Below the pieces are notes generated by a model that saw only the letters and a list, made by a program, of their open reading frames with translations, was not told the origin of the DNA and searched no databases. Below, in pieces: positions 53,873 to 62,598 of a stretch of 64,000 nucleotides of DNA. The DNA comes from Minisyncoccota bacterium (GTDB lineage Bacteria > Patescibacteriota > Minisyncoccia > Phycocordibacterales > UBA2100). Every line of letters begins with the position of its first letter. The first letter of the stretch is position 1. Both the position numbers and the translations under genes were made by a program. The stretch spans positions 4,975 to 68,974 of the forward strand of contig DATDXU010000005.1 of assembly GCA_036517195.1 (NCBI GenBank). Direction: 5' to 3'.

Positions 53873-55012
53873 ATGGATGTCAAGACATTTCTTCTTCCAG
53901 ATTTGGGAGAAGGGTTACAAGAAGCGGAAATCGTATCATGGAAGGTTTCCGTGGGGGATTCGATCGTGATGGATCAATTGCTGATGGAAGTAAAAACCCA
54001 GAAAGCGATTGTTGAAATTCCTTCGCCCTATACGGGCACGGTCAAGGCACTTCATGGCAAAGTCGGGGACGTGCTGGGGGTCGGAGTTCTCTTGGTTGAA
54101 TTTGAGGTTGCGGAATCTTCTGATTGTGACGTGTCTGCTCCAGAAAAAAAGATGGAACCTGCTTATCTTCCCACGCCTGAGCTTGAACCAAAGAAGGTCG
54201 CAGAGGGAGGGAGTACACATGGGATTCTTGCGATGCCGATGGTTAGGAAGCGCGCGTGTGAGCTTGGGGTAGACCTTTCAAAGGTTGCTGGAACTGGTCC
54301 GAACGGGTCCATAACTCTTGCGGACATTGAGCCAACGACACAACTGCAGACAATGATTTTGGGGGAGACGCGCAAAGAGTACGAAGCGCCTCTTCCCGGT
54401 GTGCGAAAGTTGATGGCGCGCACAATGGAGCGCGCGCACCGTGAGGTGGTTGCGACAACTGTGTTTGACAGGGCGCAACTTCCTTACGAGAGCACGACAT
54501 CAGATATTACGTCGCGTCTCATATATGCAGTCATCGCCGGATGTCGGGCTTCGCCTTCGCTTAACGCGTGGTACAACAGCGAGCGTCAAACGGTTACACG
54601 GCACGTATCAATTGACCTTGGACTCGCGGTAGACACCAAGCACGGACTATTCGTTCCTGTTCTTGAACGAGTGGATACGCTTCTGTATTTTGAAATGCGC
54701 GAAGCGCTTGTTGGTGTAAAGAAAGCAGTGTTGGGGGGCAAGGCGCTATCAAGTGTTACTCCGACCATCACGCTTTCAAACGTGGGTGCTGTGGGCGGCG
54801 AATATGCGACGGCCATAGTTGTTCCACCTCAAGTTGCAATTGTCGTCGCGGGGCGCATCAGGGATTCCGTCTGTGTTATGGAGGGGGAAGTGCGGAGGTG
54901 TAAAATTCTTCCGCTCTCGCTCACTTTTGACCACAGGGTGGTAACGGGAGTTGAGGCGACGAGGTTTTTGGTAGCAATGATTGAGTCGCTTGAAAAGAAG
55001 GATAATTTTTAG
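53873..55012 (+). CDS. 2-oxoacid dehydrogenase E2 (dihydrolipoamide acyltransferase) with a lipoyl domain, a peripheral-subunit-binding domain and a catalytic domain
   Basis: Lipoyl domain (GDSIVMDQLLMEVKTQKAIVEIPSPYTGTV), a PSBD and a catalytic DHR motif (LSLTFDHRVVTG). Confidence 0.75.
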   Translation: MDVKTFLLPDLGEGLQEAEIVSWKVSVGDSIVMDQLLMEVKTQKAIVEIPSPYTGTVKALHGKVGDVLGVGVLLVEFEVAESSDCDVSAPEKKMEPAYLPTPELEPKKVAEGGSTHGILAMPMVRKRACELGVDLSKVAGTGPNGSITLADIEPTTQLQTMILGETRKEYEAPLPGVRKLMARTMERAHREVVATTVFDRAQLPYESTTSDITSRLIYAVIAGCRASPSLNAWYNSERQTVTRHVSIDLGLAVDTKHGLFVPVLERVDTLLYFEMREALVGVKKAVLGGKALSSVTPTITLSNVGAVGGEYATAIVVPPQVAIVVAGRIRDSVCVMEGEVRRCKILPLSLTFDHRVVTGVEATRFLVAMIESLEKKDNF

Positions 55013-55064
55013 CTCCGGTTTCATTCCCCCTGTTCGACAAACTAATGGTGGCATGCTTCACTAG

Positions 55065-55502
55065 TTGAAGTTTCTGGAGATGGAGGACTCTTTGTGGAAA
55101 TTTGGTAGCGACATAACTCGGAGTATCTCGCGAAAGGACATGTGGGCTCTCGCGGATAGGATTTGCGCACGAGCACAAGACCTATTCGAAAATCCCCTTG
55201 AGGTTAAGTTCTATGAGGATATTGAACAGACAGGGTTTCCAAAAGTTGACCCGTTCCTGTACATAGTAGAGTTCAAGAAATGTTACTTTCTTCGATGTAT
55301 TCCGTACAAAAAGAGAATCAAGACGCTATTCTCTATAAATGTTTTACTCTACGGAACCATGGATGGGAAAAGAGAGGTGCGGTGTCATGTGTTTGAACAG
55401 GTGCTGTACAGTATTGTGGAAGATGAGATGCGCGCATTCAAAGATGCGCATCATCTGACTCACATTGCTATGATGCTGGATTTTCCGCATCGTACTGACT
55501 AG
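55065..55502 (+). CDS. Hypothetical protein
   Basis: About 140 aa with no motif recognised. Confidence 0.3.
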   Translation: MKFLEMEDSLWKFGSDITRSISRKDMWALADRICARAQDLFENPLEVKFYEDIEQTGFPKVDPFLYIVEFKKCYFLRCIPYKKRIKTLFSINVLLYGTMDGKREVRCHVFEQVLYSIVEDEMRAFKDAHHLTHIAMMLDFPHRTD

Positions 55503-55510
55503 GTTTTTAT

Positions 55511-55545
55511 GGGCACATCCGAGCAGGGGATGTGCCTTTTGTTTT
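55511..55545 (+). terminator. Rho-independent terminator
   Basis: GGGCACATCC-gagcagg-GGATGTGCC followed by TTTTGTTTTG. Confidence 0.55.
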
Positions 55546-55552
55546 GTCTTTA

Positions 55553-55624
55553 TGCGCGCTGTAGGGATTGAACCTACGACCCTCGTCACGTCAAGACGAT
55601 GCTCTACCACTGAGCTAAGCGCGC
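55553..55624 (-). tRNA. tRNA-Val (anticodon GAC)
   Basis: Acceptor GCGCGCT/AGCGCGC, anticodon loop TTGACGT and T-loop TTCAATC. Confidence 0.8.
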
Positions 55625-55688
55625 ATGTGTCAATGAGGAATACTATATAGGCTACTGTGCGCTTGTAAATCGCATCATCCTGCTGGAG

Positions 55689-55707
55689 CCCTGCCTGCCG
55701 GCAGGCA
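55689..55707. repeat. Palindrome CTGCCTGCCGGCAGGCAGG (copy 2), about 65 bp upstream of tRNA-Val
   Basis: Matches 46345-46363. Confidence 0.5.
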
Positions 55708-55812
55708 GGTAAGCGCGCCATCGTACACCATTATACTTATTACTGTGAAAATGCTATAAAGCACGAGGTTCGTTGCTCGCTAGCAGGGCAATAATAGAGG
55801 AGAATACACACA

Positions 55813-57237
55813 ATGGCACACGCAACTGGAGATGCAAAAAAGCATGTTCCTGTCCACATTAAGGCGGACACGTCGCACCTCACACCGAGAGACAAGTTGG
55901 CTTTAGGGGAGCTTGTTGAGGCGGTTCGTCTCATCAATCCGATATACCTATTGCAGACTAAACAGGACTCTACGGTAACGGGAGCACTGTTCGACAAATC
56001 GAAAGGTACTAATTTTTACCCGAAGGGGATGACCCACAAGAAATTTACAACATATCTTGATCGGCATCCCGATGAACGAGACGCGCTTCTAAGTCCGTTC
56101 ACTGTGGTGGAAAAGGTGGGGAAAGTTCTTCGTGCCACTCCCTATTCGGAATATTACAAATTGTTTTTAGAGCCCATCAGTGAGATGCTCGTGCGAACGG
56201 CGGGATTCAGCGACAATGAAACGTTCAAAAAATTTCTTGTAAGCAAGGCGCGGGCGTTTCAGACGAATCAATATCGCGAGAGCGATATTGATTGGGTACG
56301 CGTTGATGGGTCTCCGCTCGAGCTTACCATCGGTCCGTATGAAAGCTATGAAGACAAACTCTTTGGCGTTAAGCGCGACGTTGAAGGTGTGCTCGGGGTC
56401 GTGCTTCCGCAGGAGACCGAAAGGACGTTGGTGTACCAAAAAGAAATTTGCAATTTCGATGCCCATCTCGGAGAGAAATATGGGTATAAGGCAAAGACGG
56501 CACTTACGCCAATGGTCGTCATGGATGAAGTTATCGCCGGCGGGCATCCGTGGTATGGCTACGTTCCCATGGCGTACAACCTTCCGAACGACCCTGATAT
56601 TCACCAGGAAGTTGGTTCAAAGAAGGTATTCATACGGAACGTGATGCGGGCAAAAGCGAATCTTCTTACGAAGCCAATCGCGGAGCGGGTGGTTTCCAAG
56701 GACACTGCCTCGTTGATTAATCCGGCGATTCTTATGAGTTTCGTCATTGGACACGAAGTCTCTCACGGGCTAAGTTTTCGGCTCAATGGTAGTGAGTTTC
56801 TTGCTCTCGGTTCACCACTTGAGGAATGTAAGGCAGATGTGTTCGGTCTTTTGTTCCTATACTACCTCATGGGCAAGAGTATAATGCTTCGGAATGTCGT
56901 TGAGCGCGCTGTAATTTCCCATTTCGTTGATGGTTTGAGACAGATTCGATTTGGGGTTGACGAAGCGCATGCAGTTGGTGTGCTCATCCAGTACAGCTGG
57001 TTTGTGAAAGAGGGGGCCATGCGTTTTGGTGGGAATGGTTTAGAGTTTAATCCGTCAGCGTTTAAGGCCACACTTGAGCGCCTTGGTGGTGAACTATATA
57101 CCTTGTCGCAAACGCGCTCTCCAGAACTTGCGCATGAATTTGTAAAAGCGTGGGGTAAGGTGCCAGACAGGATTCGTATTCTCATCGAAGCGTTAGACGG
57201 AATTCCAGTCGACATTGATCCTGTGTTTGAAGTCTAA
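55813..57237 (+). CDS. Zn-metallopeptidase, M49 (dipeptidyl-peptidase III)-like family (putative)
   Basis: HEVSHG (HExxH-like, compare DPP3 HELLGH) and EECKAD (compare DPP3 EECRAE) separated by about 50 aa. Confidence 0.45.
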   Translation: MAHATGDAKKHVPVHIKADTSHLTPRDKLALGELVEAVRLINPIYLLQTKQDSTVTGALFDKSKGTNFYPKGMTHKKFTTYLDRHPDERDALLSPFTVVEKVGKVLRATPYSEYYKLFLEPISEMLVRTAGFSDNETFKKFLVSKARAFQTNQYRESDIDWVRVDGSPLELTIGPYESYEDKLFGVKRDVEGVLGVVLPQETERTLVYQKEICNFDAHLGEKYGYKAKTALTPMVVMDEVIAGGHPWYGYVPMAYNLPNDPDIHQEVGSKKVFIRNVMRAKANLLTKPIAERVVSKDTASLINPAILMSFVIGHEVSHGLSFRLNGSEFLALGSPLEECKADVFGLLFLYYLMGKSIMLRNVVERAVISHFVDGLRQIRFGVDEAHAVGVLIQYSWFVKEGAMRFGGNGLEFNPSAFKATLERLGGELYTLSQTRSPELAHEFVKAWGKVPDRIRILIEALDGIPVDIDPVFEV

Positions 57238-57248
57238 TTGTAGACGCG

Positions 57249-57280
57249 CGGCTCCGAGATCGGAGCCGCTTTCTTTTTGG
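57249..57280 (+). terminator. Rho-independent terminator
   Basis: GCGGCTCCGA-gat-CGGAGCCGC followed by TTTCTTTTTGG. Confidence 0.6.
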
Positions 57281-57294
57281 TATACTTGTGCGGT

Positions 57295-57957
57295 ATGACT
57301 CATCATCCGATGCCGACTCTGAACGACACGGTTATGGAAATTGAGCTCGTGCTCATAAGCGTTGTTGAAGGTCTTGCTCTCGCGGTGCTTGCTGAAAATT
57401 CCTTGCCACTCTTTCACGGGGGAGAGTGGCAGTACATTCCCTACGTGCTCGGTGGACTGCTGTTCATTTTCGTATTTTGGTCTCAAGCAATTATTCATCT
57501 GCTCTCATTTATTCGTTGGCCCCTGTCGATCACACACACCCTCTTTTACTTTTTAGCGGGGTTCATACAGGTCATCGCGTTTGGTTCTTTAACAAATCCG
57601 CTCATGTGGTTTTTCTGGTGCACCGTTTTTTCGGTTATCGTGGCGGGGCTGTATATGCTTGACCTCAAACTTTTACGACAAGTGAAATTAGAACTTTTGA
57701 GTTTGCCTGGGGGTGAGGAGTTGTTTAAGGACTCGGAAAGTCGACACAGATCAGACATGTTCTCTCTTGTGCCCGTGGCGATTCTTTTCAATGGTGTATG
57801 TTTTGTTTTGTTATGGACGATGCCCGCCGTGTTTCTTGAAGGTGGGTACCATGTTGTGCTCGGTGTTCTTCAGACACTATTTTCGGCATGGGCGCTGTAT
57901 GATTCTGCTCGCAATTTCCGCACGCGCAGTGTGCTTATTTCACGGTCGCGGGAGTAA
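57295..57957 (+). CDS. Hypothetical polytopic membrane protein
   Basis: About 6 TM helices. Confidence 0.35.
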   Translation: MTHHPMPTLNDTVMEIELVLISVVEGLALAVLAENSLPLFHGGEWQYIPYVLGGLLFIFVFWSQAIIHLLSFIRWPLSITHTLFYFLAGFIQVIAFGSLTNPLMWFFWCTVFSVIVAGLYMLDLKLLRQVKLELLSLPGGEELFKDSESRHRSDMFSLVPVAILFNGVCFVLLWTMPAVFLEGGYHVVLGVLQTLFSAWALYDSARNFRTRSVLISRSRE

Positions 57958-58073
57958 GCTTTTATTTCTGGATTTGATTAAGGTCTTGTTTTGGCTTCGG
58001 ACCGAACCTTCTTTTTTGGTCACGGATAATTTAATCGCCGTCGCGATTAAATTTTCGCGACCCCGACTCGCCC

Positions 58074-58093
58074 GTCCCGCAAGCTTGCGGGAC
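58074..58093. repeat. Palindrome GTCCCGCAAGCTTGCGGGAC (copy 2), next to tRNA-Glu
   Basis: Shares the CCCGCAAGCTTGCGGG core with 46992-47015. A second inverted repeat GTCGCGA-N9-TCGCGAC lies at 58040-58066. Confidence 0.45.
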
Positions 58094-58153
58094 ATGGCTC
58101 TGTCCGTCACAAAAGAGCAAAACGCCCCGCAGGGGGCGTCTTTGCATCTTTTG

Positions 58154-58228
58154 TGACCTCGACGGGATTTGAACCCGTGTTCCCAGACTGAAAACCTGGT
58201 GTCCTAGACCAGACTAGACGACGAGGCC
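58154..58228 (-). tRNA. tRNA-Glu (anticodon TTC)
   Basis: Acceptor GGCCTCG/CGAGGTC with one G-U pair, anticodon loop TTTTCAG and T-loop TTCAAAT. Confidence 0.75.
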
Positions 58229-58339
58229 GTTTTCCTATTGCTTGAAACCAATAGGTACAGGAATAGTAAGCTTTTTTGATGAAATGCGCAAAAATGGTAC
58301 TGTTTTTATATTGTGGTATCAAAAAGTCGGAAATGGCGC

Positions 58340-58424
58340 GGAGGGGTCGCATAGTGGTCTAGTGCAGCGGTTTCGAAAACCGCCATGCCGAAAGGCATCG
58401 TGAGTTCAAATCTCACCCCCTCCG
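58340..58424 (+). tRNA. tRNA-Ser (anticodon CGA)
   Basis: Type II tRNA with acceptor GGAGGGG/CCCCTCC, anticodon loop TTCGAAA, a long variable arm and T-loop TTCAAAT. Confidence 0.85.
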
Positions 58425-58536
58425 CCCTGAATCTGGACTCGTTTTTCCAAACATTGACCAAAACAGGTTACAGTGTTACTGTTGTTTCGGAGTTATCGGT
58501 CATGTCATGTGATTGATGTTCAGTAAGGAGGGCGTG

Positions 58537-58815
58537 ATGGCATACAAACAGTTTGGGATGCGTGAGTATCCGACATTCAACGCGCTTCTCAAAGGCGAGG
58601 AGATCAACTTCGAGGGCGTCAAGCTAAAAATGGACGGTGATGGGAAGGTTAGGCAAGGGGACCTCTACGTGGCCGAACGCAACACGGGACCTAAGTTGCT
58701 GACGGCTCGCGAAATTGTCATGTCCGAATGTGGGTGTTGCATCAGCTACATCATCCCAACCTCGAGCGATTATTGCTTCGACGGCACCGAGTGCGTGAAG
58801 GTGTGCGAGGCGTGA
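58537..58815 (+). CDS. Small cysteine-rich protein (6 Cys in the C-terminal 40 aa)
   Basis: ECGCCISYIIPTSSDYCFDGTECVKVCEA. The third ArsR-type palindrome lies downstream. Confidence 0.3.
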   Translation: MAYKQFGMREYPTFNALLKGEEINFEGVKLKMDGDGKVRQGDLYVAERNTGPKLLTAREIVMSECGCCISYIIPTSSDYCFDGTECVKVCEA

Positions 58816-58938
58816 TGTGTTGTGAGTATGGGGCGTGTGCGGGAGGAATCTCGCCACGCTCCATTTTTTATGGAATGTACTTTTCTTGAAATGGCCATAC
58901 ACTATATATAGTTTTGAAAAGGTATGAAAATTACACCA

Positions 58939-58964
58939 TTCTAGCTTTTTGCAAAAAGCTAGAA
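58939..58964. promoter_or_regulatory. Palindrome site 3, identical to the 26-mer at 10313, upstream of a secreted-protein gene
   Basis: Exact match to TTCTAGCTTTTTGCAAAAAGCTAGAA. Confidence 0.5.
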
Positions 58965-58981
58965 TGTAATAGTGTGAGTGC

Positions 58982-59275
58982 ATGTCACAGCACAGGAGAA
59001 TGGGTGCAATGAGAATGACCAAAAGTGATCTAGCGATGGTTACTGTGGCAGTCGTTTTTGGCGGATTTTTTCTTTTTTCAGTTACCACGGAGGCGACGTG
59101 TTCACGGATTGTGAATGTTACGACACCCGAAACATTCGGGGTCTACGGTATTCCTTTCTCGATGAGATATGGATACGAACTTGAATTGGAAGACGGAAGG
59201 CGGATTGCGAGAGACAGCAGGTCTATAGATAGGCCGGAAGGGGAGTATTGCGAACATCGCTTCGCCATCAAGTAA
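58982..59275 (+). CDS. Hypothetical secreted protein
   Basis: A TM/signal helix (LAMVTVAVVFGGFFLFSVT) and 97 aa. Confidence 0.35.
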   Translation: MSQHRRMGAMRMTKSDLAMVTVAVVFGGFFLFSVTTEATCSRIVNVTTPETFGVYGIPFSMRYGYELELEDGRRIARDSRSIDRPEGEYCEHRFAIK

Positions 59276-59296
59276 TTACGTGGGACCAAAAGAAAA

Positions 59297-59330
59297 TCGC
59301 CCCCGCTACGCGGGGGCAATTCTTTTTGCA
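59297..59330. terminator. Bidirectional terminator
   Basis: ATCGCCCCCGC-tac-GCGGGGGCAAT followed by TCTTTTTG. Confidence 0.5.
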
Positions 59331-59339
59331 TCTTTGGGT

Positions 59340-59945
59340 TCACACTGTCCCACTTCCGATTGAGTGTGAGAGTGATGAACGAAAGAATTTTTGTCCTATC
59401 TTTCTCCTGGTCGGTTCATCAACGGATTGTCCGTAAAACAAAATCTTTTTTGGTTCGGCGTGCCTATCGCATGAAATGCTAATCATGAACGCCTCTGGGT
59501 CGTGTGGGTCTATCAGGCGCATTGTAACGGCGAGTGATTTGTTCCACTCATGTTGTGTGATTGTATCGGGCGAATAGGGTCGTTTGTAGGCAAGCACTCT
59601 CTTATCAAACTCTAAGAGACATGTGACCTTTCCGAGAGTGTACGTTACATTATTTGTGTCACACATGAACTCAAGATATGCGCCTGTTCTCGTGCCCCTG
59701 ACAATGTCAAAGAGTACTTTCGTTATACTCATGAACTCTTCGTAGGACACTTTCGTGAACCTTCTATCGCGACTGAAGCGGAAATCTCCTATCTCCAATG
59801 TAAGCTGTTCCATGACAGTTCTCCCGATTCCGTATTTCCCAATTACAATAATACAACTTTTTAACAATGTGTCAAATCGAAAACAGGGCGACCTGTTGTA
59901 CCATAATGAACAGAGAATTGTCGTATTTTTTGGAAACACGAACAT
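59340..59945 (-). CDS. Hypothetical protein
   Basis: About 200 aa. The start is uncertain. Confidence 0.3.
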   Translation of the reverse strand: MFVFPKNTTILCSLWYNRSPCFRFDTLLKSCIIVIGKYGIGRTVMEQLTLEIGDFRFSRDRRFTKVSYEEFMSITKVLFDIVRGTRTGAYLEFMCDTNNVTYTLGKVTCLLEFDKRVLAYKRPYSPDTITQHEWNKSLAVTMRLIDPHDPEAFMISISCDRHAEPKKILFYGQSVDEPTRRKIGQKFFRSSLSHSIGSGTV

Positions 59946-60540
59946 GAAATGTCTGAGCGTGCGTCAGCCGTGGGCCGACCTCATCGTGTCTGGACGGCGA
60001 GGAGTAGAAATCAGAGGTCGAAATCTTTCTTATCGCGGGCCGTTGCTCATACATGCGAGCTTGCGTGTCGATGATGAAGAATGTAGGTGGCTATCTGTAT
60101 ATCCGTCTGAAGTCGGGGCGATTCTTGGCCAAGTAACCCTTTCTAGCGTGCGTTCAATATCAAAAAGGGAATGGGAACGTTTACGTCCAATTCACCTAGG
60201 GAGTGGTCCTCGTCCATACGGCGACAAAACATTCGGTTGGTTTTTGGAAAATCCAAAACGATTTTCAAAGCCGATTCCATACAAGGGCGCCCTCAATTTG
60301 TTCAATGTCAGAGACCAATTGCTTCCGAAGCGCACATATGCGATTCTTAAGCCGAATGGTGTGATTCAAAGCACGAAGGCGGGGACATTTGCAGGACACA
60401 GACCAGGAAAAATCTTTGGCCGATTGGACTGCAAAACAGGCATGCGCATGCTAAAAGGGAATCGGGTGTTCTTTCATTCGTATGCGGATGCTGTCGCGTG
60501 CGGATACCGTCCGTGTAAGTTGTGTAAACCACAACCCTAG
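59944..60540 (+). CDS. Fusion protein with an N-terminal ASCH domain and a C-terminal Ada-type zinc-binding domain (variant)
   Basis: MKCLSVRQPWADLIVSGRRGVEIR is the ASCH RQPWA motif. The C-terminus KIFGRLDC...VFFHSYADAVACGYRPCKLCKP aligns with the E. coli Ada N-terminus GIFCRPSC...SFYANASEALAAGFRPCKRCQP, but the position of Ada Cys38 is Gly here. Confidence 0.5.
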   Translation: MKCLSVRQPWADLIVSGRRGVEIRGRNLSYRGPLLIHASLRVDDEECRWLSVYPSEVGAILGQVTLSSVRSISKREWERLRPIHLGSGPRPYGDKTFGWFLENPKRFSKPIPYKGALNLFNVRDQLLPKRTYAILKPNGVIQSTKAGTFAGHRPGKIFGRLDCKTGMRMLKGNRVFFHSYADAVACGYRPCKLCKPQP

Positions 60541-60628
60541 GAACACATGCGCTCCCCAAAAGGGGAGCGTTCTTCCACGCACCAGAGGACCAGGGGTTTA
60601 CTTACGGGGTTTACTTACGGACGAATGG

Positions 60629-60710
60629 GTCCTCGGTGCGGGATTTCGCACCACGGACAAGCTTTCGTATTTTGTCGTATGTCCAAATGGTATGAGCTTG
60701 TCCGTGGTGC
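60629..60710. repeat. Palindromic repeat family copy C plus a flanking inverted half-copy
   Basis: GGTCCTCGGTGCGGGATTTCGCACCACGGACAAGC, then 33 bp, then GCTTGTCCGTGGTGC. The tandem repeat GGGGTTTACTTAC x2 lies at 60593-60618. Confidence 0.5.
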
Positions 60711-60759
60711 TTCATTTTTACTGTGATAGAATCACACAATTATATAATCTAAAAAAGGT

Positions 60760-61218
60760 ATGAATACTACATGGATATGGTTAGGGGCTGTCGCCGTTTT
60801 AATTCTTGGTGGGGCGTGGTTTTTATTTATGGGGGATACTCCGAAATCAACGGACTTGGATGTTGCCGGAGTTTTGGGGGACACTGAAGGGGTGTCGGCA
60901 GAAGAGGTACTACCAAACACTGCGGCGGTTTCGTATGATGGTGTTTCTTTTACACCAGCAACTGTCACTATTAAAAAAGGGGGAACGGTAACATGGAATG
61001 GGACTTCCGCTATGTGGGTTGCGTCTGATGAACATCCGACACACGCGGTGTATGACGGAACAGCGCGCTCCGAACATTGTCCAAATACAACAAACGCAGC
61101 GTTTGACCAGTGCGCACGTGGCGCCTCATACAGCTTCACGTTTACTAAAGTCGGCGAATGGGATTATCACGACCATGCGAACGCGAGCGCTGGAGGTTTT
61201 GTTGTAGTGACCGAATGA
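60760..61218 (+). CDS. Cupredoxin-like domain protein, membrane-anchored (putative)
   Basis: An N-terminal TM helix. VTIKKGGTVTWNG...HPTHAVYD..HC...DYHDH is a possible Cu-site His/Cys pattern. Confidence 0.4.
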   Translation: MNTTWIWLGAVAVLILGGAWFLFMGDTPKSTDLDVAGVLGDTEGVSAEEVLPNTAAVSYDGVSFTPATVTIKKGGTVTWNGTSAMWVASDEHPTHAVYDGTARSEHCPNTTNAAFDQCARGASYSFTFTKVGEWDYHDHANASAGGFVVVTE

Positions 61219-61589
61219 GTATGCGCGACCTCGAGCGTTTCGGTGTGCCACTGTTACGCGGGGGATTGGCGTTTTCTTTTCTCTATCCGCCCATCGCCGC
61301 CCTCATTGACCCCATGTCGTGGGTAGGATACTTACCGTATTTCGTTCGTGGGATAGCGCCGGACGAGGTGCTCCTTCATGCGTTCGGCGTTGTTGAAATT
61401 GTTCTCGCGCTTTGGCTCTTGTCTGGAGTTCGTGTCTACATTCCAGCATTTCTCATGGCCATCATTCTTATCGCGATTGTCTTTTTGAATCCAGGCAATT
61501 TTGCCGTTCTGTTTCGCGACCTCTCAATTGCTGCAATGGCTCTCGCTGTTTTTGTGCGGGACTTCAAAAAGAGCCAATCGGAATCTTAG
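61215..61589 (+). CDS. DoxX-family membrane protein
   Basis: VPLLRGGLAFSFLY... and 4 TM helices typical of DoxX. It overlaps the upstream stop. Confidence 0.45.
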   Translation: MSMRDLERFGVPLLRGGLAFSFLYPPIAALIDPMSWVGYLPYFVRGIAPDEVLLHAFGVVEIVLALWLLSGVRVYIPAFLMAIILIAIVFLNPGNFAVLFRDLSIAAMALAVFVRDFKKSQSES

Positions 61590-62518
61590 TTGCTCCTTGT
61601 TTTGTGGATATGGTAGTAGATGTCTTCTAGTGCCTTAACACCGTCGCCGGACGCGATGTTATTTTGGTGGTAGAGCTCGTTGCTGGCGTCTCCCGCGCAC
61701 CATATTCCAGATTTTGATGTGCGTTGGTTTTTTGCATCTGTTACAATGCGCCCCCACTGGTCGAGTTCCACAAGATTTTTCACAAAGTCGGTATTTGGCA
61801 CCATACCAACTTCAACAAAGATACCCCCTGTTTGGATTTCTTGCGTGACGTTCGTTTTCACGTTTTTTACGACAACACTTGTTACAAACGCGTTGCCTTT
61901 TACCTCCATTGGTTCGGTATCTGTGAGCGTGCGCATGTTTTTATGTTGTAGTACTGCCTCCACGGTGGTAGCGTCTGCTTTTGTAAATTCGGACCCACGA
62001 TGAATGAGTGTTACTGATTTTGCGTAGGCAAGTAATTGGGCTGCTGTTTCAAAACCCGCATTTCCGCCACCGACCACAACAACATCTTGCCCCTCAAAGA
62101 GGGGGCCGTCGCACGAGGCGCAGTAGGTAACTCCCTTGTGTTCGAAGGTGTCTGCCCCCGGAATGTTTAGTTTTCGACGCTCGCCACCGCTTGCTATGAG
62201 CACTGTTTTTGTTTCATAGGTATCTTCTTTTGTTGCAACAGTAAATCCGCCCGTACTCTCTTTTACATTCACCACTCGTTTTCCGAGGTGGATAGTAACG
62301 AACACGCCGGCGTACGCACGCAGGTGTTTTTCTAAAGACCGGGCAAGTTCAGGGCCGCTTATTTTTGGAATCCCAATCCAGTTTTGAATTTCTGTGGAGG
62401 CAGTGCTTTGTCCGCCGACCGTTTCCGCTATGAACAAGGTTTTCAGACGTTTCCGCGCGGCATAGACGCCTGCGGAAACTCCCGCCGGTCCGCCTCCGAT
62501 GATTACTAAGTCGTACAT
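61586..62518 (-). CDS. trxB: Thioredoxin-disulfide reductase
   Basis: YDLVIIGGGPAG, the CASCDG redox-active disulfide and GGGNAG (NADPH binding). Confidence 0.85.
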   Translation of the reverse strand: MYDLVIIGGGPAGVSAGVYAARKRLKTLFIAETVGGQSTASTEIQNWIGIPKISGPELARSLEKHLRAYAGVFVTIHLGKRVVNVKESTGGFTVATKEDTYETKTVLIASGGERRKLNIPGADTFEHKGVTYCASCDGPLFEGQDVVVVGGGNAGFETAAQLLAYAKSVTLIHRGSEFTKADATTVEAVLQHKNMRTLTDTEPMEVKGNAFVTSVVVKNVKTNVTQEIQTGGIFVEVGMVPNTDFVKNLVELDQWGRIVTDAKNQRTSKSGIWCAGDASNELYHQNNIASGDGVKALEDIYYHIHKTRSN

Positions 62519-62598
62519 ACAAAGAAGTTTACAGTGTACAGTTTACAGTAAACAGCGCACTGCATAAAGCAGGCGAGATGGCGCTGTCAACTGTTTTC

